Both the position numbers and the translations under genes were made by a program. A stretch of DNA of 61,015 nucleotides from Dehalococcoidia bacterium (GTDB lineage: Bacteria; Chloroflexota; Dehalococcoidia; SZUA-161; SpSt-899): NCBI GenBank assembly GCA_046484125.1, contig JAWOBX010000095.1, positions 1 through 61,015 of the forward strand. The letters are read 5' to 3'. Below are positions 48,217 through 58,920 of the stretch, one piece after another. The notes beneath the pieces were generated by a model. It was not told the origin of the DNA and made no database searches. It saw only the letters and a program-made list of their open reading frames with translations. Numbering within the stretch: position 1 is the stretch's first letter; the number at the start of each line of letters is the position of its first letter.

Positions 48217-48237
48217 GCCTCTTCCCCTTGAGATTAT

Positions 48238-48270
48238 AACAAAACGGGCCCCGTTTGCCGGGGCCCGTTT
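48238..48270 (-). terminator. Intrinsic terminator after glutamate synthase
   Basis: AAACGGGCCCCG / CGGGGCCCGTTT stem, running into TTTTGTT on the minus strand. Confidence 0.8.
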
Positions 48271-48300
48271 GTGTGAAAAATTGTACGATTTTCAAGCGAC

Positions 48301-49893
48301 TCAGCTATTGAGAATTTCCATGGCCTCCTCGCGATAGCACTCCATGAGGTAAGGTATACCCGTCACTCTGGCGCATTCCTCGGTAAGCGACATCAGATCT
48401 TTCCGTGTGATAGAAGAGATGTTAAAGCAGCGGGCACCGGCCATGAGCTGCTGCAACCCGACGCGCAGTTTCTCGGCATAGCTGTAAATACCAATAGCCC
48501 CGAGAGGTATATTCCGGATCTCATCGGAACCGACTATATCCTTGACTTCCTCGTAACAGACAAATATCTCCTCGACTGTGGAACCGTACTCACTCACCGT
48601 CCTGGGGAGCTTGCCCTCCTTAAGCCACTCGTTGATATTTCTGCCGACCATGCCCGGTATCATCAGCGCCCGGCCCATACAAGCCGCTTTTACGAATGGG
48701 GAACCAAGTGCCAATGCTTTAAAGATACCGTCCTCGCTGGAAAAGCCTCCGGCAAAGGCGAGGTCAGGTACGCGCTCACCTTTATCGGCCAGCTTCCGGG
48801 CAAACTCTTCCGCTGCGGCGTGGAGATACAGACTCGGCATACCCCACTCTTCCATCATTCGCCACGGACTCATTCCGGTACCGCCGGGAGCCCCGTCTAT
48901 GGTCAGGAGATCTATCCCGGCCTTTGATCCCCATTTAAGAGCCATAGCCAGTTCTCGAAGGCCGTAAGCACCCGTTTTAAGGGTAATCCGCTTGAATCCG
49001 AGGCCCCTTAGCCGCTGAACCTCCGCCAGGAACCCTTCCTCATCTATAAAGCCGAGTCTGCTGTGCCGTTCGAACTCTTTTATCGAGCCGTCTTTAAAGG
49101 AGGACTGAACAACCCGGCTTGATGGATCAGGCGTAACAATATAGCCACGCTTTTGAAGTTCCAGCGCTCTCTCCACGCTGTCGACCTTGATCTCACCGCC
49201 AATGCATTTGGCTCCCTGCCCCCATTTCAACTCGATAGTATCCAGCCCGTGTTTTTTGCTTACATACTCAGCGACACCAAGCCTGGTATCCTCGACATTC
49301 ATCTGGACCAGTAACTCTCCGTATCCCTGGTGATAACGCCGGTATTGCTCGATCCTCCGGTCGATATCAGGCGCCAGGGCCACTTTCCCATCGGAGTCGA
49401 GTTCCAGTCCGGGATCGATTCCACAGACATTCTCACCACAAACAATGGTCACACCTGATAACGCGGCCCCTACGGCAAAATGCTCCCAGTTCTTTCGGGC
49501 TATCTCAGTTGAGCCCAGTGCCCCGGTAAAGACTGGCAGGCGCATCTTTCGTTTGATATCCCAGCCATACTCCGTTTCCGTATTTACTGAAGGGAAGGTA
49601 GCTGTATCTGGATCACCGGCAACGCCTTCGGGCAGTCCTTTCGCGCCGAGAGCATAACCCTGCATATTGAGATGGGAATAGTCTACAGGGTAGTTTTTGT
49701 CGCCTCCCGCGGTTATCTCCCCGAATGGTCCGGGATATATCATCTCCCTGGCCCGGAAGGTGGCCTTGAACACCTCGCAGTTACCGGTACAGCCGTCAAC
49801 ACAGCGGGTACACAAACCACTCATCGGGACCACGCTTTTTGAGCGATTGGCCGACCTGGTGGCATCATTCGAATTAGGTCTTTGCAGGTTCAC
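48301..49893 (-). CDS. Stand-alone FMN-binding glutamate synthase family protein
   Basis: ELKWGQGAKCIGGE, IDGAPGGTG, KALALG and GLQQLMAG motifs; N-terminal CTRCVDGC...C cluster. Confidence 0.9.
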   Translation of the reverse strand: MNLQRPNSNDATRSANRSKSVVPMSGLCTRCVDGCTGNCEVFKATFRAREMIYPGPFGEITAGGDKNYPVDYSHLNMQGYALGAKGLPEGVAGDPDTATFPSVNTETEYGWDIKRKMRLPVFTGALGSTEIARKNWEHFAVGAALSGVTIVCGENVCGIDPGLELDSDGKVALAPDIDRRIEQYRRYHQGYGELLVQMNVEDTRLGVAEYVSKKHGLDTIELKWGQGAKCIGGEIKVDSVERALELQKRGYIVTPDPSSRVVQSSFKDGSIKEFERHSRLGFIDEEGFLAEVQRLRGLGFKRITLKTGAYGLRELAMALKWGSKAGIDLLTIDGAPGGTGMSPWRMMEEWGMPSLYLHAAAEEFARKLADKGERVPDLAFAGGFSSEDGIFKALALGSPFVKAACMGRALMIPGMVGRNINEWLKEGKLPRTVSEYGSTVEEIFVCYEEVKDIVGSDEIRNIPLGAIGIYSYAEKLRVGLQQLMAGARCFNISSITRKDLMSLTEECARVTGIPYLMECYREEAMEILNS

Positions 49894-50055
49894 TAATCCT
49901 CCTTTCCTGTTTCCGGGAAGCCCCGATATCCGATAAAAGGATGGTGCAGCATCTTCAACAGTCGAGAGTTCCCGCCCCTCAGCACCCTGGGAACTGAAAA
50001 ATAAAAAAACTCCCTCCTGACATCGGTGAAATCAATCCTCAGGAGGTCATACGAC

Positions 50056-50114
50056 GGCAACCGATTACCGTCTCACACATGGCAAATGATATCATCCTTA
50101 GCAATGACTGTCAA
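50056..50114 (-). promoter_or_regulatory. Glutamate synthase promoter with downstream NrpR-type operator
   Basis: TTGACA(50114-50109)-17-TATCAT(50091-50086). GGCA-N6-TACC lies at 50056-50069. Confidence 0.7.
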
Positions 50115-50594
50115 TACCCGCATAGTATTAATAAGCGGACCTGTCATCAAGAGGACTTGGTGGACATTTATCCTTTACATCGGCAAAATTGCCAGCTAAG
50201 AGAGCCGTTGTACTGGCCGGGTATCCCTTTATGATGCCCCAAGCGCCGGCAATTAACAGGCAGGTACCGCGGTAATTAAATCCCGATATGACTACTGATA
50301 AATCGATGAAAAGAGATATCTCTTTCTTGTAAATTACGGTCAGTGAAGGTCGCGTGGAGGTGATTGTGATCTTCGGACTGAATACTGTATCCATTCTGGA
50401 AAGGTCGGTGTGCGTGTGGAACCGGGAACGCCGACAGGACTGGCTGGCTTCGGTTCACTATTCCACTGTCATGAACTCAGGGGTGGACTTCTTACGTGTT
50501 TTTGAATCTATCGGAGCTATTTGACACCGCAGGTTCCGGTACAGTGGCGAGTGGTCATTATAATTCCTGGTTCACGGATGGTTCAGAGGCTACT

Positions 50595-51596
50595 CTATAA
50601 TCTCAGATCATCAAACCTTACCAGTGAACCATAATCAACGACAGTACTGCCCGCCCGGTTATCAGCCTCGATACCACCTTCTTCGGCGGCAGCGACCGGA
50701 TTCATTCCGCCAACCAGTATCATACCCACCTTATTCAAATCCACAGGAATCTGGCAAAGCGGTTCACTCGTATTCCCCGTGGTAAGGATGGCCCCCAGCC
50801 CCACTTCATTCATTCGGGAGATTACCTCATCCACAATAGGCCGGCAGGGGGCGGGAAATTCCCGGAAGTTAGCCAGTATTTTTCCGTTACCCTGGCCGGC
50901 AGCTTTTCTGACCGAGGTCATCTTTCCACGTATAAATACCTCTGATGGATCCAGAGAAGTGCCGGCATAATAGATCAACTCTATAAAACGCAGGGGCCTG
51001 TAATTGCGAATTTGTAAAATCCCTCCAAAACGGGAATCCATCGGAACCCCTGCCTTGAGCAGTACACCGTTTACGAGCACGCTGCAAACTGTAGCCAACC
51101 CCACCTTACCCTGTGGTACGACATGTTCACCGATCCTCTCACCCTCCCCTGCCACCGCGACCCGATCCCCGGCACACAACCCGGCCTTGAATGCGGGGGC
51201 CATTAAAGTCTTTGCCCTGGCAAATTTATCCTTCGGGAAAAAAGAGATATTTACGGGAATTGTACCAGTGCAGGTACGGAAGTCAAAACTGGTCTGAAAA
51301 GCGAGCATTTCAATGCGTGAGAGCACCAGTCCCACCTTATCCTGAACCAGCGCGCTCCGCATCTCCTCCCTGCCCTGCTCAGTAATTACCCTACCGTCCC
51401 TTCCAACCAGCCGGGTCAAACCCCGCTCATCCATCAACTTCAGATGGTAGCGAACCGCCCGCTCCGTAAGGTCGATTCCGTAATCCTTAAGCCTTCTCGC
51501 TATCAGGCGCGCTCCCATTGGCTCCGCCGAATCGCCGACTATCCGGAGAATGGCAAGCACCTTTCTCTCTACTTCCTGAGTCTCCGTCCCAACCAA
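50595..51596 (-). CDS. nrpR: NrpR-family nitrogen regulator (wHTH plus one NRD domain), paralog 1
   Basis: GARLIARRL, ERAVRYHL..MDERG, TVCS, GTSLDP, LANFRE and GGMNP motifs. Confidence 0.92.
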   Translation of the reverse strand: MVGTETQEVERKVLAILRIVGDSAEPMGARLIARRLKDYGIDLTERAVRYHLKLMDERGLTRLVGRDGRVITEQGREEMRSALVQDKVGLVLSRIEMLAFQTSFDFRTCTGTIPVNISFFPKDKFARAKTLMAPAFKAGLCAGDRVAVAGEGERIGEHVVPQGKVGLATVCSVLVNGVLLKAGVPMDSRFGGILQIRNYRPLRFIELIYYAGTSLDPSEVFIRGKMTSVRKAAGQGNGKILANFREFPAPCRPIVDEVISRMNEVGLGAILTTGNTSEPLCQIPVDLNKVGMILVGGMNPVAAAEEGGIEADNRAGSTVVDYGSLVRFDDLRL

Positions 51597-51950
51597 GTCT
51601 TACATCCTTGCCGGTAATAATCCATATCTGATTCCCCTGGCTCTTATCCTAGAATATGAACAAATTCTCCATTTCTGTCAAGTAAATCGCGCTAAATAGG
51701 TTAAAACCGCTATGAAAGAGGCGCCTCACGCTCTACAGCCAATGGTAGCTACACATCACGTCATCACCGTGCGAGGACCCGGAGTTCTCGAACGCCTGAT
51801 TACATTGTTTCGCACAACGGGCTCTCATAACCCGGAAAAAACTGTTCGGTTTCAGCGGCCGGATGACATGGATATTCCGCCATTCTCCATAAGGGAATCC
51901 AGCGCTTCTATACAAGTGTTCCGCAACGCTCTTTTCACCTTATTGGTTCA

Positions 51951-52142
51951 CTTAAGGTAACTTTAATCAACCCCTTTTAATTCCCCAGTCTTGGGGAAAT
52001 TTCAATCCGGGGGGACACCCCCGGACCCCCGAAGTCACCACTTGCCTCAAGAGGTTCCTTAAGGTAACTCTGATCAACCCCTCAATACCCCAATCATGGG
52101 GGACTTTTGATGCTGGGGAACACCCCCGGACCCCCGAAGTCA
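51951..52142 (-). repeat. Repeat family 1, tandem copies D (51951-52063) and E (52058-52142) sharing CTTAAG
   Basis: Reverse complement of D reads CTTAAGGAACCTCTTGAGGCAAGTGGTGACTTCGGGGG...GTTGATTAAAGTTACCTTAAG. Confidence 0.85.
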
Positions 52143-52280
52143 GCGTCGGGTAGGTGGTGGGGATAAGGCTGAGTACCTGAACACAATTAGTATCAGGGAA
52201 AGTCTGGTTATTTACGGGACGTTACACCAGGATCGACTGGATTGTGAGAGAGTCAGGTGTTGTTGGTTCTATGCAGGTTG

Positions 52281-52318
52281 ATGGGCGCCATATCCTTCGC
52301 TAGGGATATGGCGCCCAT
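52281..52318. terminator. 15-bp hairpin downstream of glnA
   Basis: ATGGGCGCCATATCC / GGATATGGCGCCCAT; no clear U-tract. Confidence 0.5.
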
Positions 52319-52369
52319 AGTGGACAGAGAAGACATCCGGACATGCCAGAAGATCCGGTTCAATCGAAG

Positions 52370-53707
52370 TTAGAGTACAGGCAAATACCGTTTGAGCTCA
52401 AATTCAGTTACCTGCGTACGATACATATCCCATTCCACCTTCTTGTTGGTAATGAAGTTCTCAAAAACATGGTCTCCCAGTGTATCTCGTACCAGCTTAC
52501 TCTGCTCGGTTAACATGATGGCCTCCTGGAGGCTGCCCGGGAGCATACCGATGCCCCTGCGTTCCCGTTCGGCCGCGCTCATCTCGTAGACATTCTCCTC
52601 CACCGGTTCCGGGGCCTCATACCCCTTTGCAATTCCCTCCAGTCCGGCCGCCAGCATAACGCTGAAGGCCAGGTACGGGTTGCACGCCGGGTCGGGCGAC
52701 CTGAACTCCACCCTTGTCGATTTCTCCTTACCCGGTTTGTATTCCGGAATGCGGATGAGGTCTGAGCGATTCCTCTGCGCCCAGGAGACATACACCGGCG
52801 CCTCGTAGCCAGGTACCAGCCTCTTATAGGAATTCACCCACTGGTTACATACTGAAGTGATCTCGGGACCGTATTTCAGCAGTCCTGCCACATAGCTCCG
52901 GGCATCTTTGGAAAGATGATACGCCGATCCTTTTTCGAAAAACGCGTTCGATTCGCCCTTGAATAGAGACTGATGCACGTGCATTCCGCTGCCATTGATA
53001 CCGAACACGGGCTTGGGCATAAAGGTCGCATAAACCCCGTAGCGCATGGCTGTCTGCTTGACTACCAGCCGGTAGGTCATTACATTATCCGCCATGGTGA
53101 GCGCATCCGTATACCTCATGTCGATTTCATGCTGGCTGGGAGCCACTTCGTGGTGGGAATACTCAATGCCAATTCCCATATCTTCAAGCGAAAGGACAGT
53201 GTCCCTTCGGAAATCCGTGGCCGCATCCAGCGGGGTCAGGTCAAAATACCCACCCTGGTCCAGTACCTCGGTGCCGTTCGAATCCTTAAAGTAGAAGAAC
53301 TCGAGCTCGGGCCCGACATAGAATGTGTAACCCAGCTCCGCAGCACGAGCCAGGTTCCTTTTTAATACATACCGTGGATCGCCCTCGAAAGGTTCTCCCG
53401 TCGGCTTAATGATGTCACAGAACATCCGGGCCACCGCACGATGCTCCTTTGGCCGCCACGGAAGCAGGCAGAAGGTATCCGGATCGGGCATGGCCATCAT
53501 GTCGCTCTCATCTATTCGGGCGAAGCCTTCTATAGATGATCCGTCAAAACCCATGCCGTCTTCCAGCGCGGTCTCAAGTTCCTCAACCGTGATGGTGAAA
53601 CTTTTCAGAAAGCCGAGGATATCGGTAAACCACATTCTAATGAACTTGACATCATGTTCCTTCGCTTTCTTGAGCACATATTCTTTGCTCTCATCTTTGG
53701 ACGTCAT
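52370..53707 (-). CDS. glnA: Glutamine synthetase type I
   Basis: GFDGSSIEGF, GPELEFF, HHEVAPSQHEI, FMPKP, NGSGMH and RVEFRSPD motifs. Confidence 0.98.
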   Translation of the reverse strand: MTSKDESKEYVLKKAKEHDVKFIRMWFTDILGFLKSFTITVEELETALEDGMGFDGSSIEGFARIDESDMMAMPDPDTFCLLPWRPKEHRAVARMFCDIIKPTGEPFEGDPRYVLKRNLARAAELGYTFYVGPELEFFYFKDSNGTEVLDQGGYFDLTPLDAATDFRRDTVLSLEDMGIGIEYSHHEVAPSQHEIDMRYTDALTMADNVMTYRLVVKQTAMRYGVYATFMPKPVFGINGSGMHVHQSLFKGESNAFFEKGSAYHLSKDARSYVAGLLKYGPEITSVCNQWVNSYKRLVPGYEAPVYVSWAQRNRSDLIRIPEYKPGKEKSTRVEFRSPDPACNPYLAFSVMLAAGLEGIAKGYEAPEPVEENVYEMSAAERERRGIGMLPGSLQEAIMLTEQSKLVRDTLGDHVFENFITNKKVEWDMYRTQVTEFELKRYLPVL

Positions 53708-53932
53708 CTTTCTTTCCTCCTAACGTAAAAAGTTGGTTCAGGTCACCCTGGCGATCTGAGACCTTACTGCTGTATGCTCCCAACCCCCAGTCCTTGCAAC
53801 TGTCTGTTATATTAGCATTCCAACCTCCATTAGCACCAGTGCGCTTTTATTTCATTTTATCCCTGCCATGTTACATACATGTTTCAGTGTTTATTTTCAA
53901 CGGCCGTGATTTCCAGCCGGATTACCGTTCTT

Positions 53933-54271
53933 CTAAACCGCGTCCTGCCCCTGGTCTCCATTACTTATTCGCAGGGCATCCTCAACCGGTAAGACAAATA
54001 TCTTTCCATCACCCCGCTCCCCTGTCCTGGCGCTGTTCGCGATGGCGCGCACCGCCCTGTCAGCCTCTTCATCTATAACAACACATTCTATTTTCAACTT
54101 CGGCAGGAATTCAACCCGGTATTCACCGGCCCGCCACTGCAAGGTAATGCCCATCTGCTTTCCTCTGCCACTTACCTGGCTTACGGTCATACCGCGTACG
54201 CCCATCTCCGCTAGTGCTTCTCTCACAGGCTCCAGCTTTTCCGGTCTGATGATCGCCTCTATCTTTTTCAT
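53933..54271 (-). CDS. glnK: P-II nitrogen regulator
   Basis: MKKIEAIIRP, GRGKQ and TGERGDGKIFV motifs; adjacent to amtB. Confidence 0.95.
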   Translation of the reverse strand: MKKIEAIIRPEKLEPVREALAEMGVRGMTVSQVSGRGKQMGITLQWRAGEYRVEFLPKLKIECVVIDEEADRAVRAIANSARTGERGDGKIFVLPVEDALRISNGDQGQDAV

Positions 54272-55494
54272 GGCAACAAACCTCCGTACGCACGCTCACC
54301 GTGCTGTGAAATATCCAGCCCAACTTCCTCCTCCTCACTCTTAACCCTCAGGCCGATAAAACGATCGACCAGTTTGCCCAGTATCACAGTCGCAACAAAG
54401 GCAAAAACTGCAACCGCGGCAACTCCAGCTATCTGCTTGCCGAATTGCACTCCCCCACCCCACAGCAGTCCGTCCACCCCACCGATCGAAGCACTGGCAA
54501 ATATTCCGGTGGCCAGCGCCCCCCAGACGCCGCACATGCCGTGGACCGCCCACACATCCAGCGACTCATCTATGCCCCGTTTAGTTCTCCAGAGGATAAA
54601 GTAATATCCTACAATTGAGGCGCCTATCCCTATCGGTATTCCCATGATCGGATGGACAAATCCCGCGGCCGGTGTTATGGCCACCAGCCCCGCTACAGCA
54701 CCGGTAGCTACCCCCAGGGCCGATGGGCGCCGATCCCTCCATGCCAGTAACATCCAGGTCACCGCGGCGGCCGCCGCTGACAGATTGGTCGCCACGAAAG
54801 CGCTGGCAGCCAGACCATCCGCGGCCAGCGAGCTCCCCGCGTTAAATCCGAACCAGCCAAACCACAAGAGCCCCGCCCCAAGCATAACCAGGGGAACATT
54901 GCCGGGCTCCATCGGCATACCTTCCCGAAAACCTTTCCTGGGCCTGAGCAGAAAGGCCAGAGCCAGAGCGGTCATTCCCGCGTTTATGTGGACGACTGTA
55001 CCTCCGGCGAAGTCAAGCGCGCCCAGTTCGTTCAGCCACCCCCCTTCACCCCACACCCAGTGAGCCACCGGACAATAGACCACTGTAAACCAGAGAACGG
55101 CGAGAATCACGAATCCGCTGAACTTCATCCGCTCCACCACCCCGCCAGTCCACAGGGCAACAGTTATTACGGCGAACATACCCTGAAACACCATAAATCC
55201 CAGGTGTGGTACTGTAGAGGCGTAAGTGCCGGAAGGCTCCTGCCCGACGCCCTTTAGAGCGATAAAATCAAGTCCGCCCACCAGGCTCCCGTGGTCGGAG
55301 CCAAAGCTGAGGCTGTAGCCGTAGAGGGCCCATAACAAGCCGATAATCCCCAGTAATGTAAAGCTCATCATGAGGGTGGAGAGCACATTTTTACTCCTGA
55401 CCATCCCACCGTAGAAGAAGGCCAGCCCGGGAGTCATCAGCATGACCAGAGCCGTCGATACAAGAATCCACGTCGTATCTCCCGCGTCAATCAT
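54268..55494 (-). CDS. amtB: Ammonium transporter
   Basis: LMTPGLAFFYGG, DFAGGTVVH, LLWFGWFGFNAGS and GLVAITP motifs. Confidence 0.98.
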   Translation of the reverse strand: MIDAGDTTWILVSTALVMLMTPGLAFFYGGMVRSKNVLSTLMMSFTLLGIIGLLWALYGYSLSFGSDHGSLVGGLDFIALKGVGQEPSGTYASTVPHLGFMVFQGMFAVITVALWTGGVVERMKFSGFVILAVLWFTVVYCPVAHWVWGEGGWLNELGALDFAGGTVVHINAGMTALALAFLLRPRKGFREGMPMEPGNVPLVMLGAGLLWFGWFGFNAGSSLAADGLAASAFVATNLSAAAAAVTWMLLAWRDRRPSALGVATGAVAGLVAITPAAGFVHPIMGIPIGIGASIVGYYFILWRTKRGIDESLDVWAVHGMCGVWGALATGIFASASIGGVDGLLWGGGVQFGKQIAGVAAVAVFAFVATVILGKLVDRFIGLRVKSEEEEVGLDISQHGERAYGGLLP

Positions 55495-55523
55495 TGAAGT
55501 TCACCACCTTTCGCTCGCTTCAT

Positions 55524-55587
55524 ACTGTAGATAATGCTAACCATAGGGGGTTTCAGCGGTGTTACCGGGATGTTACGTTTATGTTAC
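55524..55587 (-). promoter_or_regulatory. amtB promoter with four phased GlnR-like pentamers
   Basis: Minus strand reads GTAAC-N6-GTAAC-N6-GTAAC-N6-GAAAC (55587-55550), then a -10-like TACAGT at 55529-55524. Confidence 0.7.
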
Positions 55588-56504
55588 AAAACAGGGGACC
55601 GGTATACGCGCCCGGCGCATGGGCCCTGGGGCCTGTTTTCTTCTGGCGCGAAGCTGGATATGCTATAATGCTGTCTATGGTGTGACAGGCACTTTCTCAA
55701 TGGCAAAATGGGCCAAGCACTACGTCACACGCTGGGAATATGAGCGTGACCCCAAATCAACAGTGTGCATAACACCTATGAGGACTCCCTTTGTCAAGGG
55801 CTGCCTTCCTTTTGAATATGGATAGCTTAATGGTCTTGTACCCTTACTTGTTTACCAGCGAGGCGATGGGCGCGAGAAAAGAAGTAGCCCGCGTCAACAA
55901 ATTATTTCAGCACAAACTGGGAGAAACAATATAGAAACCATATGAGCTCCGAACCTGAAAGGCGGCATAACGTATTAAGGCCACGACTGATTGCTCTTAT
56001 CTCAGTCCTTCTTATTATCGGCGCGGCGGCAATAGTAATATATCGGTCTGGGATGTTTTTTATTACGATATAACCGATCTTGAACGGCATGTATCAATTC
56101 ACATCACATACGATCCAGAGGGTGATGCCCCGGCACTCGACTGGATGGAGGTTGAAGCCGCCCGTTAGGTCAGATTTCAAATAAGTTCAGGATGAGAACC
56201 TGAATGTCTGGAGTGCACAATCACAAATAGAACCCAAGTTCAGAGAATTCTAACTCAGGGTTACGGATGGCATCCAACAACGCAACCACATTCACTACAA
56301 AAAACCCACGTTACCATGTGACTGTCGCCGGTTGTTTTAACGTGATTTATAGAATCTCTCGTAAACGCAAAAGCAGAGCTACCGCATTTTGGGCATACCG
56401 GTTCCATTCATCCCCCTTAATAAAATTACACATACTGGAGGCACCCGGCAGGTGGTAATTAATTGTGTCTTATCTGGTCAGGTTACCGGAAATCACTAAG
56501 TAAA

Positions 56505-57752
56505 CTAAATCCATCCCCGGCACCTCATTGCTTCGACCACGCGCTCAACAGCTACAACATAAGCGGCCTTTCTCATGGTGATACCATATTTCCTGGATGT
56601 GCTCAGTACCTGGTGATAGGCGGTTTTCATTTTCTCATTAAGACGCTTATGGATTTCTTCTTCATCCCAGTTGCACATATATGAGTTCTGTACCATCTCA
56701 AAGTAAGAGACTGTTACACCACCGGCATTGCACAGAAAGTCGGGTATCACGTGAACGCCATTTTCACCTAGAATTTCATCGGCCTTAGGCGTCGTTGGGC
56801 CATTGGCCAGCTCAGCAAGGATTTTAGCCTTGATATTCCTGGCGTTCTTTTCGGTGATTACGTTCTCTAACGCGCAGGGGATAAGCACATCCACATCAAG
56901 CTCCAGAAGTTCCTCATTGGAAATGCCCTGTGCGTCAGGTAAGTTAGTTACCGATCCTGTTTTGACCTTATGATTATATATAATCTCTGGGTCGAGGCCT
57001 TCGCTATTGTATATGCCGCCTTTGCTATCGCTGACAGCGACTACCCGACTGCCAAAAAGCTCTTTGCACAGGCGTGCTGCATGGTATCCGGCATTTCCAT
57101 AGCCCTGTATCGCAACTGTTAAATCGCTCATATCTATACCTAATACATTAACTGCTTCCCTGATAGTATACATTCCACCACGTGCCGTTGCGTCTCCCCG
57201 TCCGGCTGAGCCGCCGATGCATACAGGTTTGCCGGTAATAACACCGAAATGGCTCTTCCCAACAATCCTGGAATACTCATCCATCATCCAGGACATTATC
57301 TCCGGGGTGGTATAGACATCGGGTGCCGGGACGTCAACATCCGGCCCGATGAACTGCCAGATAGCTTTTATATATGCCCTGCTCACCCGTTCCAGTTCAC
57401 CTTTCGATAATTCCTTAGGGTTACAAATAATACCGCCTTTACTTCCACCGAGAGGGAGGTCAAGCAGGGCGCACTTCCAGGTCATCCATGCGCTAAGGGC
57501 TCGGACAGTATCTATCGTTTCTTCGGGATGGAACCGAATTCCACCTTTGCCCGGGCCTCTGGCATCATTGTATTGTACCCTGAATCCATGGAACACTTTC
57601 ACGGCACCATTGTCCATGCGTACCGGGATGGACACGTGGAGTTCACGCATTGGATTGCGAAGTATCTCGCATACGTTTGGTTCCAGGGTCAGGGTTTCGG
57701 CACATGCATCTATCTGTTCCTGCGCAACTCTAAACGGATTGACAGCTGACAT
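56505..57752 (-). CDS. gdhA: Glutamate dehydrogenase
   Basis: [35 protein letters not shown] and ANGP motifs. Confidence 0.95.
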   Translation of the reverse strand: MSAVNPFRVAQEQIDACAETLTLEPNVCEILRNPMRELHVSIPVRMDNGAVKVFHGFRVQYNDARGPGKGGIRFHPEETIDTVRALSAWMTWKCALLDLPLGGSKGGIICNPKELSKGELERVSRAYIKAIWQFIGPDVDVPAPDVYTTPEIMSWMMDEYSRIVGKSHFGVITGKPVCIGGSAGRGDATARGGMYTIREAVNVLGIDMSDLTVAIQGYGNAGYHAARLCKELFGSRVVAVSDSKGGIYNSEGLDPEIIYNHKVKTGSVTNLPDAQGISNEELLELDVDVLIPCALENVITEKNARNIKAKILAELANGPTTPKADEILGENGVHVIPDFLCNAGGVTVSYFEMVQNSYMCNWDEEEIHKRLNEKMKTAYHQVLSTSRKYGITMRKAAYVVAVERVVEAMRCRGWI

Positions 57753-57890
57753 TCTTTTCTTATACCTCGTTATTAAGATTTACGATAAACAGCCATACTA
57801 TGCCCGCACACCATGAAGAGCCTGTATAAAGCCATCATGACCGCCATTGCAGTTACCCCAAAATGCGATCACTGTTTTTAAGACAGCTCA

Positions 57891-58895
57891 TCACTGCTGC
57901 AACTCCTCGAATTTGACGAGATCGTTATAGTCCACGATGGCGCTCATGGCCCGGTTTTCCGCCTCAATACCGGCCTCTTCAGCGGCGGCAACAGGATTCA
58001 TACCGCCTATCAAAATCATCCCGATTTTGTTGATTTCCACAGGTATTTCACAGACCGGCTGGCTGGTACTGCCCATCAACAGTACTCCTCGCAAGCCGGC
58101 CTTTGACAACCCCTCCAAAGCTTCCTCAACTATAGGCCGGCAAATACCGGGTACCTCACGAAAATTGGATAGTATTTTACCGTTGCCGTTTCGTGCTGCC
58201 TCTCTCACTGAGGTCATTTTGCCCCTGATGAATACCTCTGAGGGATCGAGCGACGATCCTGCGTAGTTAATAAGTTCCACAAATCGAATCGACTGCCTGT
58301 TCCTTAGCTGAAGGATTCCACCAAAACGGGAATCCATGGGAATACCGGCTTTCAATAATACTCCGTTGACCAGTACGCTACACACTGTGCCCAGCGCAAC
58401 CTTGCCCTCGGGAACCGTTAGCTCGCCGATTTTCTCACCAGCCCGGGCTACCACCACTCGGTCTCCGGCACAAAGTCCGGCTTTAAACACTGGCACCATC
58501 GCGGAAACCGCCTTACCAAATTCCCGTTTAGGAAAAAGGGAAACATTTATCGGAATTTGGCCGGTACATGTTTCCCAATCGAAACTGGTCTGGAACGCCT
58601 GCATCTCTATCTTCGAAAGCACCAGCCCGACTTTATCCTGAACAAGAGCGCTTTTGAGCTCATCAATTCCCTGTTTCGTGATCAATCTGCCATCCCGACC
58701 TACCAAATATGTCAATCCTCGTTCATCCATTAGCCTGAGATGGTAGCGGACTGCCCGTTCAGTAAGATCAATACCGTAATCCTGCATGCGACGGGCAATG
58801 ATACGAGCGCCTATCGGGTCCGTAGATTCGCTGATAATTCTCAATATGAGAATAACTTTGCGTTCGACTTCCTGTGAATCTACACCAACCAGCAT
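57891..58895 (-). CDS. nrpR: NrpR-family regulator, paralog 2
   Basis: Collinear with 50595..51596. Start at ATG 58895. Confidence 0.92.
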   Translation of the reverse strand: MLVGVDSQEVERKVILILRIISESTDPIGARIIARRMQDYGIDLTERAVRYHLRLMDERGLTYLVGRDGRLITKQGIDELKSALVQDKVGLVLSKIEMQAFQTSFDWETCTGQIPINVSLFPKREFGKAVSAMVPVFKAGLCAGDRVVVARAGEKIGELTVPEGKVALGTVCSVLVNGVLLKAGIPMDSRFGGILQLRNRQSIRFVELINYAGSSLDPSEVFIRGKMTSVREAARNGNGKILSNFREVPGICRPIVEEALEGLSKAGLRGVLLMGSTSQPVCEIPVEINKIGMILIGGMNPVAAAEEAGIEAENRAMSAIVDYNDLVKFEELQQ

Positions 58896-58920
58896 TTTCT
58901 GCCCTGAGCCTTTTTTGGTA

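Noticed and set aside
50366-50524. 52-aa plus-strand ORF after GGAGGTG
   Set aside because: It has an RBS-like sequence but no motif or other support, so it was left uncalled.
51712-51960. 82-aa ORF
   Set aside because: No recognisable motif or RBS, and it ends inside a repeat copy.
56392-56405. GGCA-N6-TTCC as another NrpR site
   Set aside because: It lies downstream of gdhA with no associated promoter identified and may be chance.
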